NCBI GenBank assembly: GCA_965225815.1
Contig: CBDDBP010000007.1
Location: forward strand, 426,496 to 490,495
Source: Dehalococcoidia bacterium
Lineage (GTDB): Bacteria > Chloroflexota > Dehalococcoidia > DSTF01 > WHTK01
DNA length: 64,000 nucleotides
Direction: 5' to 3'
The first letter of the stretch is position 1. Each line of letters opens with the position of its first letter. Below the pieces are notes generated by a model. The model was given only the letters and a program-made list of their open reading frames with translations. It made no database searches and had not been told where the DNA came from. Below, piece after piece: positions 46,144-54,240 of this stretch. A program made the position numbers and the translations under genes.

Positions 46144-46917
46144 CTAGGGTTCGCTCTCCGGTGCAGTCGGTTCGGCAGCGGCGCCGATACGCGCCATGAT
46201 TGCCTCCTGGTGCTTCTTCATCAGGATGTAGACCCACATGCCGACGCCAACTAGGATGGCCCACTCGACGTAGCGGAAGTAGCGGTCAGTTGAATCAAGC
46301 GTGAGGCCGGCGACACCGAGTCCATAGCCGATGCCGAAGTAGCAGAAGATCCACAGCACGGCGCCACCGTAATCGATGGGAGCCCAGCGCCGGTATGGCA
46401 TTCGCAGCAGGCCGGCCGCTGTTGGGCCGATGACTCGAGTGTAGCCGGCGAAATGGTAGAGCAGGACGAACCAGGTGGCACGCTGTAGCAGGGGCTCGCG
46501 TACCTTCTCGACCAGGTCCTGGAGGAACTTCGTCTGACCAAAACGTGACCAACCATAGCGCCCCAGGAAATAGCTGATCGTGTCGCCAATGATCGTCCCG
46601 GCGATGCCGAATGCGATCGCCTGGGGCCAGGAGATAGTGCCGTCGTGCGCGGCAAGACCGGCGAGCAGGACGACAAGCGCCCCGGGAACAATGAGGCCGA
46701 GGAGTAGGGTGTTCTCGCTCAGGGTGCCGAAAAAAACTACCCAGTTGCCGTAGTCCTCAAACAGCGATTGGACGGTGTCGGCCGCCCATCGCAACAGCGA
46801 TCCGTAGCCACGAAAGATCTCGACCGGCAGCGTGACGATCCACTCGATGATGTTCGCAACGGAATCGAGTGCAGACAGCAAGGGAAGGGCCGCGAGGGTT
46901 AGTAGCGGGTTTGTCAT
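46144..46917 (-). CDS. DedA/TVP38 (VTT-domain) family membrane protein
   Basis: Multi-TM protein carrying the characteristic DedA motif region. Confidence 0.7.
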   Translation of the reverse strand: MTNPLLTLAALPLLSALDSVANIIEWIVTLPVEIFRGYGSLLRWAADTVQSLFEDYGNWVVFFGTLSENTLLLGLIVPGALVVLLAGLAAHDGTISWPQAIAFGIAGTIIGDTISYFLGRYGWSRFGQTKFLQDLVEKVREPLLQRATWFVLLYHFAGYTRVIGPTAAGLLRMPYRRWAPIDYGGAVLWIFCYFGIGYGLGVAGLTLDSTDRYFRYVEWAILVGVGMWVYILMKKHQEAIMARIGAAAEPTAPESEP

Positions 46918-47014
46918 TATTCAGGTGCGGCCCGGTTACGTTCAAAACCGGGCCGCTACCAACGATTCTAGCATTCATCGTATTGGGCCCCCCTTTGGAG
47001 ACCGGATGGACGGT

Positions 47015-47107
47015 CTAGCGGTCGTCCACCATGTCGGCCTCCCAGAACTGCCACAGCAGGTAGGCGGCGCAAATAAGGATACAGACGGCGATTAGTGCAG
47101 ATCCCAT
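47015..47107 (-). other. Small ORF (30 aa, hydrophobic: MGSALIAVCILICAAYLLWQFWEADMVDDR) with a perfect GGAGGAG ribosome-binding site, upstream of DedA
   Basis: ATG sits 6 nt downstream of GGAGGAG. It encodes a single predicted TM helix and is followed by a perfect hairpin (46929-46958) immediately before the dedA start. Not in the supplied ORF track because it is under 60 aa. Confidence 0.3.
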
Positions 47108-47223
47108 ACAGTTCTCCTCCAGGACGTTTGTTCGAAGAGAATAGAACAAGCGTACTGAACTGTCAAGAGATTGCGAATGCATGTGCTGCAGCATTGCTAG
47201 ACTGGCTACGTCGGCCGGCCTAT

Positions 47224-47641
47224 CATCCTGCGGTTATCAGGAGGCCAAAGGGAGCGAGTATAGCGCGAATCAAAGTCGGCGATCTGGAGATCATTTCGAT
47301 TCACGACCTGGAGGCGCCGTTTCCCATGTCCGGCGTCTTTCCGGACGTGCCGGTCGACGCATTTGACCTCTATCGGCCCCTGTAGCCGAATGCGTTCGAC
47401 GAAGCCGACCTCAAGCTCGCGATATCATGCTATGTCATCGTTGGTGGCGGCTCAGGTCCAGGAGACGGCCTGGCACGTCGGCTTCGATAGCGATGCGGCG
47501 CTGGCCTCTGCGACCCGGGAGCGTGTTATGGAGCAACTGAAGCGCGATCAACCTCAGGCATGCTTCGGTCACTTCCCGGCGCCCGCGTTTGGTTTCGTGG
47601 TGCGAGAGGGCGGCCGGCGGATCTTTCGAGCCGGTAGCTAG
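47224..47641 (+). pseudogene. MBL-fold metallo-hydrolase remnant with an N-terminal and a C-terminal segment in different frames; the central HxHxDH region is absent
   Basis: An N-terminal-like ARIKVGDLEIISIHD…FP segment (frame 1) and a C-terminal-like CFGHFPAPAFGFVV… segment (frame 2) are separated by about 40 nt. The putative start codon position reads ATA after an AAGGGAG ribosome-binding site. Confidence 0.4.
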
Positions 47642-48102
47642 GCGGTCTCGGCGACCTCGATGAGGACTTCGCCGATCTCGACGCGCTGGCCCGCCACAGG
47701 ATGGACCGCCGACACGGTGCCGGCGACTCTTGCCCGCAGCTCGTTGAGCATCTTCATCGCCTCAACGATGATCAAGACGTCTCCTTGAGCGACCACGGCG
47801 CCCGGCTCAACACGTGTCTCGACCACGACGCCCGTCAGCGGCGCGCGTAGCATCCAGCGCCCGTTAACGAAGTGATCGCCCTCGTCAGCCCGGCCGCGAC
47901 CACGGCGGCGTACGGTTTCGACCTCATAGCTGTGTCCGTCGATCTGGACGTTGAAGGCCTGGGACTCCTCAGTCACCAGGACCTCGATCATGCGGTCGTC
48001 GAGGACGAGTAGATATTGAGGCGAGTCGCCCAAGCGCTGAAGGCTAACGTCTTGCCAGGTGCCATCCAGGTTGACGCGCAGCCCGTCGGCAGTCTCCTCC
48101 AA
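47638..48102 (-). CDS. accB: Biotin carboxyl carrier protein (biotinyl domain, EAMKM)
   Basis: C-terminal biotinyl-lysine motif VLIIVEAMKMLNEL. 154 aa. Confidence 0.7.
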   Translation of the reverse strand: MEETADGLRVNLDGTWQDVSLQRLGDSPQYLLVLDDRMIEVLVTEESQAFNVQIDGHSYEVETVRRRGRGRADEGDHFVNGRWMLRAPLTGVVVETRVEPGAVVAQGDVLIIVEAMKMLNELRARVAGTVSAVHPVAGQRVEIGEVLIEVAETA

Positions 48103-48131
48103 CTCCGCTTCGGTTTCGCGGTCGCCGAGCC

Positions 48132-49658
48132 TCAGGAAGTATTTCGCCAGGGGCCACCTCCGGGAGCGCGATTTGCCGCGGCTTCGCGTGCCGTCGTCTT
48201 CCAGCGAGTGCCTTGGCCGGTCGAACTGGAGCCCTGATTTGCTCCGTCCGAGCGCCGACGGTGCGACAGCAGCGCCGCGACTGCCAGAGCTTCATCGCTA
48301 TGCACCGCTTCGGCCGGCTCGAATTGGAAGCGACGATCGAGAAACCGGGTATCGATGTCACCGGCTATGAAGGCGGGGTCGTTGACCAGGCGGCGGTGAA
48401 ACGGCAGGGTCGTCTTCACACCCAGCACCTGGTACTCGTCCAGTGCCCTGCGAAGGCGGGACAGCGCCTGTTCGCGGTCGCTGCCGTAGACGATCAGCTT
48501 GGAGACTAGTGAGTCATAGTTCGGGCCGATCTCGTAGCCGTCGAACAGGCAGCTGTCGACCCGGACCCCGGGGCCTGACGGCTCCTTGACGTGGTGGGCC
48601 ACACCGAGCGATGGCATGAAGCCGTTGTCGGCGTCTTCCGCCGTAATCCGGCACTCGATGGCCCAGCCGCGCAGTCTTACGTCATCTTGCGTGATGCTCA
48701 GTGGCTCGCCCGCCGCGATTCGAAGCTGCTCACGGACCAGATCGAGGCCGGTGACGAATTCTGTCACCGGGTGCTCCACCTGGAGGCGGGCGTTGGCTTC
48801 GATGAAGTAGTAGTCGCCGGCGGCGTCCAGGAGAAACTCCACCGTCCCGGCGTTTTCATACCCGGCTTCGCGGGCGATTGCGACCGCGGCGGCGCCAAGC
48901 TTCTCGCGCAGCGTCTCGCTGACGGCGGTCGAGGGCGATTCCTCGACGACTTTTTGACTGCGGCGCTGTACCGAGCACTCGCGCTCGCCGAGGTGGACGA
49001 CGCCGCCGTGGCGGTCGGCCAGCACCTGCACTTCGATGTGGCGCACCGGGTCGAGGTAGCGCTCCAGGTACAGGCCATCATCGGCGAAGCTCGCCTGCGC
49101 TTCCTGGGCCGCAACGCGCAGCGATTCCTCCAGACTCGACGCGTCTTCGACGAGCCTGATGCCTTTGCCTCCACCTCCGGCGGCTGCCTTGACCAGCAGC
49201 GGGAAGCCGATCTGCGGCGCCAGTTGACGCGCCTCCGCGAGGCTGACTCGACCGTCGCTGCCCGGAACCGACGGCACGCCGGCCTTGTCGGCGATGCGGC
49301 GCGCCTGGACCTTGTCGCCGAGATCGCGCAGTGTCGCGGGCGACGGCCCAATGAAAATGAGGCCCGCATCGGCGCAGGCCTGGCCGAAATCGGCGCGCTC
49401 GGAGAGAAAGCCGTAACCGGGGTGAATCGCCTCGGCGCCGCATGCCAGCGCCGTCTCGATGAGCTTCGCCTGATCGAGGTAACTCTGGGCCGCCGGTGCT
49501 GGACCAATGCAGTACGCCTCGTCGGCGTAGCGCGTGTGCAGCGCCGTCGCGTCGGCTTCGGAGTAGACGGCGACGCTTGTGATGCCCATGTCGCGGCAGG
49601 TGCGCATGATCCTGATGGCGATTTCGCCGCGATTGGCTATTAGTAGCTTCTTAAGCAA
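48132..49658 (-). CDS. accC: Biotin carboxylase subunit of acetyl/propionyl-CoA carboxylase
   Basis: ATP-grasp biotin carboxylase motifs throughout. 508 aa with a low-complexity tail of about 55 aa. Confidence 0.85.
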   Translation of the reverse strand: MLKKLLIANRGEIAIRIMRTCRDMGITSVAVYSEADATALHTRYADEAYCIGPAPAAQSYLDQAKLIETALACGAEAIHPGYGFLSERADFGQACADAGLIFIGPSPATLRDLGDKVQARRIADKAGVPSVPGSDGRVSLAEARQLAPQIGFPLLVKAAAGGGGKGIRLVEDASSLEESLRVAAQEAQASFADDGLYLERYLDPVRHIEVQVLADRHGGVVHLGERECSVQRRSQKVVEESPSTAVSETLREKLGAAAVAIAREAGYENAGTVEFLLDAAGDYYFIEANARLQVEHPVTEFVTGLDLVREQLRIAAGEPLSITQDDVRLRGWAIECRITAEDADNGFMPSLGVAHHVKEPSGPGVRVDSCLFDGYEIGPNYDSLVSKLIVYGSDREQALSRLRRALDEYQVLGVKTTLPFHRRLVNDPAFIAGDIDTRFLDRRFQFEPAEAVHSDEALAVAALLSHRRRSDGANQGSSSTGQGTRWKTTAREAAANRAPGGGPWRNTS

Positions 49659-49751
49659 AGAGGCCTCCAGCGTGGCGAAGGGTTCGAGACGACCGCAGCG
49701 CTAGCAGCTTTGTAGCACAGGGCTGTCACGACGGTAAACGGCAATCGAGAC

Positions 49752-51491
49752 TCATTTCTCTTCTGCTTCCGTCTTCAAGCGGGCGACGAAGTCATCGACG
49801 GGCAGGGCGCCGAGGTCTCCATTATCCCGCGAGCGGACCGATACGGCGCCGGCTTCGATATCGCGGTCGCCAGCGATCAGCATGTACGGAACCTTGTGGA
49901 GTTGCGCGTCGCGGATCTTCGCCTGCATCCGCTCTGAGCGTTCGTCGACTTCGGCCCGAAGACCGGCAGCGCGCAGCTTGGCGGCCACTTCGTTGCAGTA
50001 GTCGTTGTGGCGGTCGGCGATCGGGATGAGTTTTGCCTGCACCGGCGCCAACCAGACGGGAAACGCCCCGGCGTGATGCTCGATGAGAATGCCCATGAAT
50101 CGCTCCAGCGAGCCGAGGATGGCCCGATGGATCATGACCGGCCGTTGCAGCGATCCGTCTTCGGCGGCGTAGTGCAGATCGAATCGTTCCGGCAGGTTGA
50201 AATCGAGCTGGAAGGTGCTGATTTGCCACTCGCGTCCCAGCACGTCGTCCATGAAGAGATCGATCTTCGGGCCGTAGAAGGCGCCTTCGCCCTCCACCTC
50301 ATTAAATGTAACTTTCGACTTCAGGAGAGCCGCGCGTAAGGCTTCTTCGGCGCTATCCCAGACCTCGTCATCGCCGATCCGCTTCTCCGGTCGCAGCGAC
50401 AGCGTGAATCGAGGTTCGCCAAGCCCGAAAGCGGCGTAAGCCTCCCGCATCATCTCGATCAAGCTGGCGATCTCGCCGCCGATCTGTTCCAGCGTGCAGT
50501 AGATGTGGGCGTCGTCTTGAGAGAAGGAGCGCACGCGGGTCAGGCCGTGCAGGGTCCCCGATCGCTCGAAGCGATGGAGACGGCCGAAGTCGGCGTAGCG
50601 CAGAGGCAATTCGCGATAGGAGTGCACTTGCGCTGCGTACATGACGCAGTGGCCGGGGCAGTTCATCGGCTTGACGCCCAGTTCCTGCTCGTCCTCCTGG
50701 ATGAAGTACATGTTGTCACGGTAGTTGTCATAATGACCGGACTGCTTCCAGAGGTCAGCCGAGAAGATCTGCGGCGTGATGACTTCCTGGTAGCCAAAGC
50801 GCGTGTACATGTCCCGCATGAGTTGCGTCGCCAGGTTGTAGATCAGCGCTCCCTTGGGCAGGAAGAAGGGGCTGCCAGGCGCGATCGGGTCAACGAAGAA
50901 CAGGTCGAGCTCGCGGCCTAGCTTGCGATGGTCGCGCTTCTCGGCCTCTTCAAGGCGGTGGAGGTAGTCGTCCAGCTCCTCCTGGGTCGGGAACATGACG
51001 CCGTAGATGCGCTGCAGCATCTGGTTGTGCTCGTCGCCGCGCCAGTAGGCGCCCGCGACGCTCATCAACTTAAACTCGCCGACCTGGCCGGTGCTCTCGA
51101 CGTGAGGGTAGCCGCAGAGGTCGGTGAAGTCGCCGTGCTTGCAGATGCCGACGTCCAGCGCATCGATACCGTCGATCAGCTCTAGCTTGTAGGGCTGGTC
51201 GGCGAAGACCTGGCGCGCTTCTTCTTTGGATGCCTCGCTGCGGACGAACGCTTTGTCAGCCTTGATGCTTTCGCGCATTAGCTTGTCGAGGGTATCGAGG
51301 TCTTCTGGGGTTAACGGCCGGGGCAGCTCGAAGTCGTAGTAGAAGCCGTTGTCGATAGGCGGGCCGATGGCGTACTTCGCCTCCGGAAACACGCCGAGCA
51401 CGGCCTCCGCCATGATGTGGGCGGCGGAGTGGCGTTGGCGGTACAGCCGCTCGTCCATGCCCTTGATCTGGGCGGGAGTTTCTTCGTTCAT
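49752..51491 (-). CDS. thrS: Threonine--tRNA ligase (short form lacking the N-terminal TGS domain)
   Basis: Class II aaRS motifs. The start was placed at ATG 51489-51491 (MNEET) after the T-box terminator; the longer ORF to 51560 would run through the leader. Confidence 0.85.
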   Translation of the reverse strand: MNEETPAQIKGMDERLYRQRHSAAHIMAEAVLGVFPEAKYAIGPPIDNGFYYDFELPRPLTPEDLDTLDKLMRESIKADKAFVRSEASKEEARQVFADQPYKLELIDGIDALDVGICKHGDFTDLCGYPHVESTGQVGEFKLMSVAGAYWRGDEHNQMLQRIYGVMFPTQEELDDYLHRLEEAEKRDHRKLGRELDLFFVDPIAPGSPFFLPKGALIYNLATQLMRDMYTRFGYQEVITPQIFSADLWKQSGHYDNYRDNMYFIQEDEQELGVKPMNCPGHCVMYAAQVHSYRELPLRYADFGRLHRFERSGTLHGLTRVRSFSQDDAHIYCTLEQIGGEIASLIEMMREAYAAFGLGEPRFTLSLRPEKRIGDDEVWDSAEEALRAALLKSKVTFNEVEGEGAFYGPKIDLFMDDVLGREWQISTFQLDFNLPERFDLHYAAEDGSLQRPVMIHRAILGSLERFMGILIEHHAGAFPVWLAPVQAKLIPIADRHNDYCNEVAAKLRAAGLRAEVDERSERMQAKIRDAQLHKVPYMLIAGDRDIEAGAVSVRSRDNGDLGALPVDDFVARLKTEAEEK

Positions 51492-51542
51492 TTCGATACC
51501 TCTTCGCGCCTGGCCGCTATTCGCCCTGCTGCGATTCGCAAC

Positions 51543-51850
51543 AAAAAGCCCAACCGTCACAGGGACGGTGGGCTTCGTGGTTCCACCCTGTTTCGCTTAG
51601 GTTCTAAAGCCGGGGGGTCCCCCGGACCCCCAACTAAAGGGGCGTCCGCAGAGTCGGCCTCAAAACGAAAGCCTTCGTTATGCCTGTAACGCTGGCAGCG
51701 GGGCCGCCTACCCGTCAAGAATTAACGTTCGGGGCCCGGCTCAGAGGCGGTTTTCACGATGGGTCCGGTGGGGGAGTTCCAGCCCTGCTCCCTTTCTCTG
51801 GTCACCGCGTCGCGTCGCTACTCGTCCTCGTCGCAGCCATGTATTCGGTT
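51543..51850 (-). promoter_or_regulatory. T-box riboswitch leader of thrS
   Basis: On the minus strand the sequence AAACAGGGUGGAACCACG matches the T-box consensus AGGGUGGNACCGCG. It is followed by a GCCCACCGUC-ccugu-GACGGUUGGGC hairpin plus UUUUUGUU about 50 nt before the thrS ATG. ACC triplets lie in the upstream stem region. Confidence 0.6.
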
Positions 51851-51938
51851 GTTGGCCCAGTATAAGGCCCCGGTAAGGCCTGCCGCGAGCAGGGATTTCG
51901 TTGAATAGGGAGAGATGCTAGCATCAGGTTTGTCTCTC

Positions 51939-52015
51939 GGGCGGTTAGCTCAGCTGGCTAGAGCGCAGCGTTGACATCGCTGAGGTCACTGGTTCAAGTC
52001 CAGTACCGCCCACCA
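51939..52015 (+). tRNA. tRNA-Val (anticodon GAC), CCA encoded
   Basis: Cloverleaf GGGCGGT/ACCGCCC acceptor stem, GTTCAAGTC T-loop, anticodon loop TTGACAT. Confidence 0.85.
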
Positions 52016-52023
52016 ACCTTTTC

Positions 52024-52596
52024 TCATGCCGACGCTGCTTTCCTCGATCCTTCAGAAGCATCCCAGCGCTTGTAGCCGTATCCGAGCAGGAGCAAGCTGC
52101 CAATGGCCAGCACAACGAAGTAGATGATGTCCCTCGTCTCGCCGGCGCCGCCTGTGCCGAACAGACCTCCCAGTGAGTTCAAGTAATCCGTCGCGAAGTC
52201 CCCATTACCCGCGCCTCCAGTTAACAGAAGCAGAAGGCCGCCGAGCGCGAACGATAGACCGCTGGTTCGGTATTTCTGGAATGCGGCCAGGCCTGCGAGC
52301 ACCAAAAGGATCGCTACACCAACATGGATGCTGGCAGCTTCCCTCGCTCGCTCGGACGTGTCACTCGATCCGCCAGTCCCATACTCACTGAGCGTGGCAA
52401 TATTGCTGAAGTCGATGGGGCTGGCGGCTGCACGGAGGAACGCGGTGGTTGCTGCAAGCGTCAGGAAGACCAGGACGAAAGCCAGCGTGACTTGAAACAG
52501 ACGCCGGAGAACCTCTTCGCTGCCGCCAATCCGTTCCGCAACGAAGATGGCTCCAACAATCACCGCGACAAGGAACGACTGAAGTTCCAGGTTCAT
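52024..52596 (-). CDS. Hypothetical Gly-rich integral membrane protein
   Basis: About 190 aa with 5 or more hydrophobic segments. AAAGGCGG ribosome-binding site. Confidence 0.5.
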   Translation of the reverse strand: MNLELQSFLVAVIVGAIFVAERIGGSEEVLRRLFQVTLAFVLVFLTLAATTAFLRAAASPIDFSNIATLSEYGTGGSSDTSERAREAASIHVGVAILLVLAGLAAFQKYRTSGLSFALGGLLLLLTGGAGNGDFATDYLNSLGGLFGTGGAGETRDIIYFVVLAIGSLLLLGYGYKRWDASEGSRKAASA

Positions 52597-52683
52597 TTAC
52601 GACCGCCTTTGTCCGCGGGGACGCGAGGCTGAACGACGCACGTAGACTACTCGCCTGCGACGAGCCTTGCAATGCGGCGGCGG

Positions 52684-53196
52684 TTAACGCCGGAACAGAC
52701 TCCTTTTCGGCTTTTGCATCCCGAGACGCTTGCCGATGCGCTCAAGCTGGGCGTCGAAGTTCGCTTCGATGCGAGCGACTTCTTTGGCCCGCTCTTCGGC
52801 GGAGTCGCGAATCGCCGTTGCCTCGGTTCGAGTGGTAGAAGCTTCCGCGTTGGCCTGTTCGGCGATTCCGCGAGCGTCAACACGGGCTTCGTCACGGATC
52901 CGCTCGGCCTCGATCTCTGCTTCGCGTCGCAGCGCTTCTATCTGCGTCCTCGTGGCCTCGCGAAGGTTGTGTAGTGAGTCTGCGAGCGCGCTTAGCTCCC
53001 GCTCCCGATGGTTTCGCGCGTCATCAAGGGCCTGAAGACGAATCGTCCGAGCTTCCTCCAGCGCCTTCTCCAGGGCTTCGCGGGCGCGCTGATACGCCAG
53101 TTCTGCCAGACTGCCGCTGGCCTGCGGCCCATCGAGCGCGTTGAGGCGTTCGATTAACTCGTTGCGCGTCGGGTCAATGAGGCTATCGTCTTGCAT
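52684..53196 (-). CDS. Hypothetical coiled-coil protein, rich in Ala/Arg/Glu (ATP-synthase-b-like or phasin-like)
   Basis: 170 aa with heptad-like EAxRxxA repeats and no TM segment. Confidence 0.5.
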   Translation of the reverse strand: MQDDSLIDPTRNELIERLNALDGPQASGSLAELAYQRAREALEKALEEARTIRLQALDDARNHRERELSALADSLHNLREATRTQIEALRREAEIEAERIRDEARVDARGIAEQANAEASTTRTEATAIRDSAEERAKEVARIEANFDAQLERIGKRLGMQKPKRSLFRR

Positions 53197-53282
53197 CCTT
53201 GCAACCTAATCCGCCGCTTCGGGCGTATCACTATGTTAGCCGCCTTCTTAAACGACTAGTCTCGGCCTAGAATCCCTCTTAG

Positions 53283-54173
53283 ATGAACAACGCCTCCGGG
53301 GTCCGTTTCGTATCGCCCACCTTTCTCGCGGGATTCGGAATCGGCGTTTTTATCGGGGTGGCACTCGCCCTGATTGCTGTCTCGATCGCTCGTCCCCAGG
53401 AAGAGAATCCTCAGATCATTCGAGTCCCGGTCTTTCCCACGGCGACGCCGCAACCTAAGGCGACTCCGTCGCCGATGCCGACTCCGCTTCAGGCTTCTGC
53501 ATCAGCCGCCGTCCACGTCGGCCCGGGGGACGAATTCGCCACGCTCGGTACGCTGTCACGCGGCGACACAATCGACATCCTGGGCCGTGATTTCGATGGC
53601 GGGTGGTTGGCCATCAGGTTCCCGGCCGGCTCCAGTGCCCAGGGCTGGATCCCGACGGTAACAGTGGAGGGAATCAGCTTCTCGAACCTTCAGGAGCTCG
53701 CCGTGCTTCTGCCGACCCCACTGCCGATTGAAATCATTACGCCGCCGCCGTTTTTCGGGACACCTGGTACGCCTGGCACTGGCACGCCGACGCCGAAGGG
53801 GACGTCCGGTCCGCCTCCAACCACCATGGACCTGGTCGTTTTCGACGTCAGGGCGCTGCCGGACGGCCGCGTTCGTGTCGTGGTCCTCAACGCTGGACCG
53901 GCTGATCTGACCCGGGGCGTTCTTGCCGTGACGGTCCGAACCCTCACTTTGGAGTCGGAGACGATCAATTACGCCAACATTCTGCCGGCTGGGGCGACGC
54001 TGGCGCTGACGACATCTTCATTCACAATCGGAACGGAGCCGGTAGATGTGCAGGTGGTTATCGACCCCTCCGCGAGTCTGAGTGATCCGAATCGGCTCAA
54101 CAACGTAAAGACAGCGACCCTCAGCCGGCCTCCGGAAGTGACAGCAACGCCGACCGAAACCGGGCCCAGCTAG
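53283..54173 (+). CDS. Membrane-anchored protein with a bacterial SH3-like domain, Pro/Thr-rich linkers and a CARDB-like beta-sandwich domain
   Basis: N-terminal TM helix. SH3b-like segment VHVGPGDEFATLGTLSRGDTIDILGRD…WLAIRF. CARDB-like segment LVVFDVRALPDGRVRVVVLNAG. Confidence 0.55.
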   Translation: MNNASGVRFVSPTFLAGFGIGVFIGVALALIAVSIARPQEENPQIIRVPVFPTATPQPKATPSPMPTPLQASASAAVHVGPGDEFATLGTLSRGDTIDILGRDFDGGWLAIRFPAGSSAQGWIPTVTVEGISFSNLQELAVLLPTPLPIEIITPPPFFGTPGTPGTGTPTPKGTSGPPPTTMDLVVFDVRALPDGRVRVVVLNAGPADLTRGVLAVTVRTLTLESETINYANILPAGATLALTTSSFTIGTEPVDVQVVIDPSASLSDPNRLNNVKTATLSRPPEVTATPTETGPS

Positions 54174-54240
54174 GGCCGTTCGGTAGCAATCGAGGAGGGC
54201 GCAGGTATAATGGCACTGCAGCCCAGGAGAGTGAGGGATC

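Noticed and set aside
48132-48291. Possible frameshifted fusion of accC and accB into a single alpha subunit
   Set aside because: Both frames are open in the overlap, but a separate AccC of about 510 aa plus AccB of about 155-165 aa arrangement is known (archaeal type). Neither frame shows diagnostic homology in the overlap, so there is no positive evidence for a frameshift.
51611-51626. Perfect G/C palindrome CCGGGGGGTCCCCCGG
   Set aside because: It lies inside the thrS T-box leader (minus strand) and is most simply one of the leader stems rather than a separate element.
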